Assembly (NCBI GenBank): GCA_963847705.1
Contig: CAWKBC010000029.1
Coordinates: 32,001-96,000, forward strand
Length of the DNA: 64,000 nucleotides
Direction of reading: 5' to 3'
Origin: an uncultured Pseudomonadota bacterium
GTDB lineage: Bacteria > Myxococcota_A > Polyangia > Fen-1088
A program made the translations under genes and the position numbers. Below, in pieces: positions 58,265 to 64,000 of the stretch. Within the stretch, counting starts at the first letter, position 1; every line of letters starts with the position of its first letter. The notes beneath the pieces were generated by a model. That model was not told the DNA's origin, did not search any database, and saw only the letters and a program-made list of their open reading frames with translations.

Positions 58265-59404
58265 TCACTTTGAATCTGCGCCGATCTGCGTCCAGACCAG
58301 GTCCCAGCGCTCCTTGAAGTGCGGATCGACGGTTGCGGCGCGGCACTTCTCGAGCAGCGCGCGGGCCTCCGCGTTCGACCCGCGCGCGGCCGCCAGCTCG
58401 GCGAGGCGAAGCGCGATCCACTGCTGGTAGGTGGCGTCGAGGCCAGGCCGCCCCAGCTGCTGGCGCAAGACCCGCTCGGCTTCGGCGTTCTTCTTCAGCT
58501 CCTGGAGGGCGGCGCCCAGCCAGTAGCGGTTGACGCCCACGTCTGGCAGAGCGCGCAGCTGCGTGAGCTCGGCGTTCCCACCGTTCGGGCTCCGGGCGGC
58601 GCGCCAGAACAGAGCCTGGGGGGATTGGTTGTCGGGATTGAACGGCGCGAAGCGGAACCGCGCCGGCTCCGGCGGAGCCACCGGCTCGTTGTCGGAGAGG
58701 TACGCCGTCGCGGGGTCGGGCGCAGGCGCGTGCGTCCAGTCGCCGCACTTCAGCTCGGCGGACGACGCGGCTCCGCCGGCGAACCGAATCCGACTCATCG
58801 GGATTGATGGCCCGCCGTGAAGCGCGTTGCCCCGGTGGACACTCCAGTGAATGTGTTTTGCCCCCGGCCCGCCCGTGTTCCCCTCGATGCCGAGGGGCTG
58901 GCCGCGTTTGACCACCTGGCCCCAGTCGACCAGGATGGCCGACAGGTGCAGGTACTGGGTGTAGAGATCGGGCCCGTGCTGGACTCGCACGTAATTTCCA
59001 TCTCCTGCGTTGCAGAACGAAGCGCCCGCACCGTCGGTCAGGCTCGCGCTCGCGCAGCCTCCCCAGAAGTAGGCGACACCGTCGGCGCTGGCGACCACGA
59101 CGTGCGGCGCCTCGAACGCCGGCGAGGCCAGGGAGAATCCAAAGCGCTCCCCGGGGGCGCAGGCGTTGTTGATGCGCAGCCTCGGGTGGCGGAGGTCATC
59201 ATTGACGCAGTAGACGCTCTCACCCTTGGCGACCGGGAGCGAGAGGTCAATCTCCGCCGGGGCGGGGAACGGCTGGCACTGCCCGCGCGCGGGGCAATGT
59301 TCGGGGGTCCCGGGCGCGGTGCACAGCTGTCCGGCCGGGCAATCCTGGGCAGCCGTCGAACAGTCGGCCACGAACAACGACAACCAAAGAGCTGACGCCA
59401 GCAC
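58265..59404 (-). CDS. M23/LytM-family domain protein with C-terminal TPR-like region
   Basis: VVASADG, GNYVRVQHG...TQYLHL, VKRGQPLG.EGNTG...HIHW; start GTG after GAGGAG. Confidence 0.82.
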   Translation of the reverse strand: MLASALWLSLFVADCSTAAQDCPAGQLCTAPGTPEHCPARGQCQPFPAPAEIDLSLPVAKGESVYCVNDDLRHPRLRINNACAPGERFGFSLASPAFEAPHVVVASADGVAYFWGGCASASLTDGAGASFCNAGDGNYVRVQHGPDLYTQYLHLSAILVDWGQVVKRGQPLGIEGNTGGPGAKHIHWSVHRGNALHGGPSIPMSRIRFAGGAASSAELKCGDWTHAPAPDPATAYLSDNEPVAPPEPARFRFAPFNPDNQSPQALFWRAARSPNGGNAELTQLRALPDVGVNRYWLGAALQELKKNAEAERVLRQQLGRPGLDATYQQWIALRLAELAAARGSNAEARALLEKCRAATVDPHFKERWDLVWTQIGADSK

Positions 59405-59515
59405 GGGTGCATCGTACTCCTCGGCTCCGGGCGCGGTGCGTCCGTCTGCTTGAAGGACTTCGTCGCCCCGAGGTGGCTCCCTTCTTGTGACGGTCGCCGC
59501 CAGCACCTCGGCGCT

Positions 59516-61069
59516 TCAACTCGAACACTGGCCGGTGGCGTTCGGGACGATGGTGCCGGGACATGCGGCGGCCGAGCAGCTGCCGCTGTCGTTGCATACC
59601 CAGCAATCAGCGACGTCATTCGAGGGGCAGTCGAGGTCGACGGCACCACACCCGCAATCGCAGACTCCGTCGTCGTAGTAGCTCCGATTGCAGGTCCACG
59701 CGTTCGGAATGCTGATGATGCAAAGGGCGTTGTCGTTTGGATCGACGTGCAACTGGTTGCCGCCGGAGCAGCCTTCGACCGGGAAGTCCTCGCACACGTA
59801 AAGGGTCTCGATCCCTTGGCACATCGGGTCCGGAATGCCGCATCCGCAGTCGCAGGCGATGTCGCGATAGGCCGCCGCCGAGCAGGACCACCCGGTCGGC
59901 GGCGGAGCACATTGGGTCGGGTCCGTCGTCTCGATCGTGCTCCCGCAGGTGCCGTTGCCCCCGCACTCCAGGCACCGGACACAGCTGGTCGCGTCGGCGG
60001 TGCGACAGTCAACGTCGGGAATCGTGCAGCCACAGTCGCAGGTGCCGTCGCCGTAGGTACCAGGTCCGCAGGTCCACCCGGGCGGCGTCACGGGCAGGTC
60101 ACAGTGGGCATTGAGGGTGGCGTCGATGAGCCCCGGACACGTCTGGGCCGAGCACGAGCCGGGATCGTTGCACGTGTCGCAGGCGCCGAGGCCCACGGAG
60201 GCGCAATCCGGATCGACCGCTCCGCAGCCGCAATCGCAGCGTCTGCCGTCACCGTAGAGCCGCGGGGAGCAGAGCCAGGTGCCGGGCGGCGTGGCGCAGT
60301 GCGCATTGTCGTTCGCCTCGACCCCGCCGCATTCGAGCGGCGAGCAACTGGACTGATCGCACACCTGGCACGAAGCGGCCGTGGCATCCGGGCAATCGAC
60401 GTCGACCACACCACACCCGCAGTCGCAGACCCCGTCTCCGTACAAGGATGCCGGGCACGCCCACTGAGGAGGGATCGCACAGTGGGCGTTGTCAGTCGGG
60501 GAGATTGAGGAGGGGCAAAGCCCCGTCGCGCACGAGCCCGCCGCGAGGCAGTTGTCGCAGCTCGTGGCGTCGCCGTTCTTGCAGTCCGGGTCCTGGATCC
60601 CGCACCCGCACTCGCACTGATGACCGTCGTCGTAGCTCGAGGGGGTGCAAGTCCAGCCCGCAGGCGGCGCCAGACAGGTCGTCACGTCCGCCGCGTTGAT
60701 GCGGCCCGGACAGTCGGCGAGGTCGCAGCTGCCTGGGCTGTTGCAGACCTGGCAGTGTGCGAGGTCCTGCTGTGCGCAGTCCACGTCGGCCGCGCCGCAG
60801 CCGCAGTCGCACTGGCCGTCCCCGTACGCCGAGCCGACGCAGGTCCACCCGGGTGGGACCCCTCCCGCGCCACCGAGCATCGAGGCGCCCCCCGCGCCTG
60901 GTCCGCTGCCTGCCGTCCCCTCCGCGTCACCGCCCGGGCCACCGTCCGCGGTCATTCCGGCCTGCCCTCCCGCGCCCGCCACCGAGGGCCTGTCGTTCCC
61001 GCTCGAGCAGCCGACCCACGCCGCGAGGAGGAGCGCGATCGGAGCGATACCGCAGAGCTTCGGGGCCAC
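59516..61069 (-). CDS. Cys-rich repeat lipoprotein (7 repeats)
   Basis: Lipobox WVGC; seven PxxWxC...Y(G/D)DG.CDCGCG..DxDC units. Confidence 0.88.
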   Translation of the reverse strand: MAPKLCGIAPIALLLAAWVGCSSGNDRPSVAGAGGQAGMTADGGPGGDAEGTAGSGPGAGGASMLGGAGGVPPGWTCVGSAYGDGQCDCGCGAADVDCAQQDLAHCQVCNSPGSCDLADCPGRINAADVTTCLAPPAGWTCTPSSYDDGHQCECGCGIQDPDCKNGDATSCDNCLAAGSCATGLCPSSISPTDNAHCAIPPQWACPASLYGDGVCDCGCGVVDVDCPDATAASCQVCDQSSCSPLECGGVEANDNAHCATPPGTWLCSPRLYGDGRRCDCGCGAVDPDCASVGLGACDTCNDPGSCSAQTCPGLIDATLNAHCDLPVTPPGWTCGPGTYGDGTCDCGCTIPDVDCRTADATSCVRCLECGGNGTCGSTIETTDPTQCAPPPTGWSCSAAAYRDIACDCGCGIPDPMCQGIETLYVCEDFPVEGCSGGNQLHVDPNDNALCIISIPNAWTCNRSYYDDGVCDCGCGAVDLDCPSNDVADCWVCNDSGSCSAAACPGTIVPNATGQCSS

Positions 61070-61199
61070 GCCTCATTATCCACGGGAACCCTGACAACGT
61101 CCCCCCTCCCCGCTCGCTGGGGATCTCGACGTCGAGCGCCCCACGGAGAGTCCCCCAGCCGTCTTCTGCCCGCCACTCCAGCGCGCGTCGGCGATTCCG

Positions 61200-61670
61200 C
61201 TAGAAGGTGCGGAGGTAGTGGTCGTAGACGTCGTCGAGCTTCCAGCCGCACGCCGCGTAGAGCGCCTTGGCGGTCGCGTTGGTCTTCGGCGTGGCGAGCA
61301 CCAGGCCCTTGGCGACCGTGGCGCGCGCGAAATCCTCGGCGGCGGTCAGCAGGGCGCGGCCGACGCCGCCGCGGCGGTGGACCGGCGCCACGAACAGATC
61401 GTTCAGGATCCAGAGGCGCTTCATCGACTGAGAGGAGAACGACGGATAGAGCTGAGCGAACCCCAGAAAACGCCGGTCGTGCTCGGCGATCAGCACCACG
61501 GAGTCGCCGGACTGCAGGCGCTCGCGCAAGAAGGCGCGCGCGCCGTCGGGATCGGGCGCCTGGCCGTAGAACTGGCGGTAAGCGTCGAACAGCTCGGCGA
61601 CTCGCGGCAGGTCGGGCATGGTGCCGCGGCGAATCTTGGGGGCCCCTCGGTCGTTCACGCCGTCGACCAT
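61200..61670 (-). CDS. GNAT family N-acetyltransferase
   Basis: LFDAYRQFY, GFAQLYPSFSS, WILNDLFV...RRGGVG, NATAKALY. Confidence 0.92.
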   Translation of the reverse strand: MVDGVNDRGAPKIRRGTMPDLPRVAELFDAYRQFYGQAPDPDGARAFLRERLQSGDSVVLIAEHDRRFLGFAQLYPSFSSQSMKRLWILNDLFVAPVHRRGGVGRALLTAAEDFARATVAKGLVLATPKTNATAKALYAACGWKLDDVYDHYLRTF

Positions 61671-61952
61671 ATCTGATCTCGTCGGCGTCGTTCGGGCTTC
61701 GTCCGCCCGGAGGTGGCTCGGGCGATCTGACAGACTGCCGGTCCTCGATGCCGGTGCATCCTCAGCTCTGGCCCGCCCTTGCCGTTCGCTTCCGCCGGCC
61801 GGGTTGCTTCTCCGACGAGATCGATGATCTTCGTGTAGGGTGCATCCCCCAGGGGGAGGCGCAAGGTCAGCCCGGACAATCGGTGGGTGAGGTGGCCCCG
61901 CTCGCCATTCCCGGCGGCGGCATCGTTCAATTGCTACGCTGGGTGCTCATCG

Positions 61953-62666
61953 ATGTTCAGCCACGAAGGGCCGGCGCGAAACGCGAGAAGCAACAGCGTC
62001 CTTGCGGGCTACCTGGCGTTCGTCGCCGGCTTCGCCAACGCCTCCGGCTTGATCCTCTTCGGCGCCTTCACCTCGCACGTGACGGGCAACGTGGCCCGGG
62101 CGAGCGCCAGCGTGGCCCGGGGCGACATCGCGGGAGCAGCACAGGCTGGCGTCCTCGTCGCGGTCTTCCTTTTGGGAGCCGTGACGGCGAGCCTCCTGGT
62201 CGAGACCAGCCTCTTCCGGCGCACCTCGAGCGCCTACGGCGCGGCGTTGCTGGTCCAGGGGGGGCTGCTGTCTGCGTTCGTCGTGACGGACGCGGCGAGC
62301 CTCCTGTCGTTCGCCATGGGCATGCAGAACAGCCTGGTCACCCGTCTCTCGGGCTCCGTGGTTCGAACGACCCACCTCACCGGCGTCGTCACCGACCTCG
62401 GCATCGAGCTCGCCCGCTGGGCCCGCTGGACCTGGTCGAGGGCATTCGGCGGCCGGCTGGCGAGCCCCGGGCGCAACCCGGCAGCACGCCCTGCCCCGAC
62501 CCGCTCGCTTCTCCTGCTGACCGTCGCGTTGGCGTTCACCGCCGGCGGAATGCTGGGGGCGCTGGTGGCGCCGGCCTGGGGTGCCCGCTCGATGGCCATT
62601 CCGGCCGTCGCGATTCTTCTCGCCGCGACGTACGCCTTCGCCGCCGCTCCCTCCACGCGAGGGTAG
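61953..62666 (+). CDS. YoaK/DUF1275 membrane protein
   Basis: LAFVAGFANA, FTSHVTGN, FAMGMQN, RTTHLTGVVTDLG. Confidence 0.92.
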   Translation: MFSHEGPARNARSNSVLAGYLAFVAGFANASGLILFGAFTSHVTGNVARASASVARGDIAGAAQAGVLVAVFLLGAVTASLLVETSLFRRTSSAYGAALLVQGGLLSAFVVTDAASLLSFAMGMQNSLVTRLSGSVVRTTHLTGVVTDLGIELARWARWTWSRAFGGRLASPGRNPAARPAPTRSLLLLTVALAFTAGGMLGALVAPAWGARSMAIPAVAILLAATYAFAAAPSTRG

Positions 62667-62791
62667 TCGCGCCCCTCGTGACAGGTGCATGCCCGAGGCG
62701 TCGCTTTGCGACCCGGGTTCTCGGCCGCCACCACGGACCGCCGAGCAGGCCCGCGAAGCGCACGCGCCCAGTCCACTGGCGGCGCGATGAG

Positions 62792-63268
62792 CTACATCGG
62801 ACAGCGCGAGACTTCGAAGCTGCCCGAGAGACTGTAGGTGCCACCGGTGCTGCCCTCCGTGTAGCTGTAGGCGATGGTTCCGGCAACCGAGGTCGCGCTG
62901 GCCGCCGTGAGCATCACGGTCGCGTCACCCGAGCCGACGCCGTCCAGGTTCCGCGCTTCGTACTGGATCATGCTCACGAAGACCGATGAGTAGGTTCCGA
63001 CGTCCAGCGCCGGGACCGAGAACTCTGCGGTCGTACCCATCGGTGGATCGTTCTGCTGCGCCGAGGCGCAGGTGAGCGGTCCGTCCCCAAGCGCGATCAC
63101 GTTCGACCCCTGGTAGACGGTCGCCACGCCGAACGCGGGCGTGAACGACTGGCCGTTGAACTGGCCGGTCAAGGTGCTGGAGACGAGCGGCTCGCCGGCG
63201 CTGCCGCCGCCACACGCGGTGGCGGCGAGCAGCGTCGCCGCCAGGACGGTCAGCAGCGGTCTGTTCAT
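62792..63268 (-). CDS. Hypothetical lipoprotein
   Basis: Lipobox ATAC; beta-rich domain ending SGSFEVSRCP. Confidence 0.8.
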   Translation of the reverse strand: MNRPLLTVLAATLLAATACGGGSAGEPLVSSTLTGQFNGQSFTPAFGVATVYQGSNVIALGDGPLTCASAQQNDPPMGTTAEFSVPALDVGTYSSVFVSMIQYEARNLDGVGSGDATVMLTAASATSVAGTIAYSYTEGSTGGTYSLSGSFEVSRCPM

Positions 63269-63381
63269 CGGAACCTCTGCAGGACGAGCTCGGCGGAAGA
63301 CCGTCCGCCCTTGAACCGACCGCCGCGGACGCTCGGGTTCCTCGTTCAGAACGGCAGGAACACTGCCGAGGTATTCGACAA

Positions 63382-63573
63382 ATGGGCACGATCAAGGTCG
63401 GTCAGGTTCGTGTCGGCCCGCAGGGGATGGTGGTCATCACCAGCATCAGCGGCAGCGGCCGGGTGCGCGCGCTCTGGCTGACCGGGCCTCACGCGGGCGG
63501 TGTCGAGGACGAGGGGACGCCGGAGAGCTTCAGCGGGCAGAAGTGGCGGATCGTCGAGCCGGCGCGGGGGTGA
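63382..63573 (+). CDS. Small hypothetical protein
   Basis: 63-aa beta-rich ORF with GAGG upstream. Confidence 0.5.
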   Translation: MGTIKVGQVRVGPQGMVVITSISGSGRVRALWLTGPHAGGVEDEGTPESFSGQKWRIVEPARG

Positions 63574-63583
63574 CGCCAGGCCT

Positions 63584-63781
63584 TCAACGCGCCCGGGTGC
63601 CCGGGGAGCGGCGGCGGGCGATCCGGCGCTGGGCCTCCTTGAACGCGCGCTGAATCTGGCGGAAGGCCTCCGCATCGCCGCCCCGATCGGGATGGGTGGC
63701 GAGAGCACGCTGACGAAAGGCGCGCTTCAGCTCGTCGGCCGTTGCGCGCGCGGTGATGCCGAGCATCTCCCAGATCGATGT
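63584..63781 (-). pseudogene. Stand-alone, probably truncated J-domain (DnaJ) gene
   Basis: SIWEMLGI...ELKRAFRQRALATHPDRGGD with HPD motif. The only ATG (63766) falls inside helix I. Confidence 0.6.
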
Positions 63782-63826
63782 CCTCTGCGCCGGGTGGTGG
63801 TCGGGACGCTGGGAACCTGACGCGCG

Positions 63827-64000
63827 CTACAGCTCCTTCGCCTCGATGCGGCGGTTCCTCTGGCGACCCTCGTCGGTGTCGTTGGGGGCGATGGGGTGCT
63901 CGTCGCCGAAGCCGATGGCGTCCAGCCGCTTCTTGTCGATGCCCTTCGACACGATGTAGTTGCGGCAGGCTTGCGCGCGCTTTTCCGACAGCGTCTTGTT
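63827..64000 (-). CDS. OmpA-family protein, C-terminal end (5'-partial)
   Basis: NKTLSEKRAQ...RLDAIGFGDEHPIAPNDTDEGRQRNRRIE. Confidence 0.9.
   Translation of the reverse strand, partial: NKTLSEKRAQACRNYIVSKGIDKKRLDAIGFGDEHPIAPNDTDEGRQRNRRIEAKEL

Noticed and set aside
61655-61930. 91-aa minus-strand ORF between the GNAT and DUF1275 genes
   Set aside because: No recognisable motif or clear start signals; coding status unsupported.

Overview
Very GC-rich (roughly 70% by eye), gene-dense bacterial DNA. The gene content points to a myxobacterium (Myxococcota, probably Polyangia-like; this is inference): Cys/Gly-rich lipoproteins, Ser/Thr kinase-PEGA genes, ECF sigma/TPR anti-sigma pairs and a DUF1592/DUF1552 pair. 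There are about 60 CDS, about 16 of them predicted lipoproteins, plus scattered housekeeping genes (ilvC, glpX, yhbY, slyX, a sirtuin, an ABC exporter). I saw no rRNA, tRNA, CRISPR array, integrase or transposase. Five otherwise intact genes, including ilvC, carry single-base frameshifts (probably sequencing errors), and several intergenic gaps hold decayed gene fragments. The best candidate for an undescribed system is a pair of trans-envelope signalling modules (ECF sigma + membrane anti-sigma with C-terminal TPR-like domain + surface lipoprotein 'cargo', one with an outer-membrane beta-barrel). In each module a near-identical ECF-type promoter precedes both the sigma gene and the cargo gene; the -10 (G[A/G]CAC) is shared and the -35 is module-specific. 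Other signals: two lipoproteins 40 kb apart that share promoter, leader and a Cys-rich N-terminal domain but have unrelated C-termini; an IlvY-type operator pair with no adjacent ilvY; a sigma32-type promoter; widespread leaderless gene starts; and short palindromic tandem repeats.
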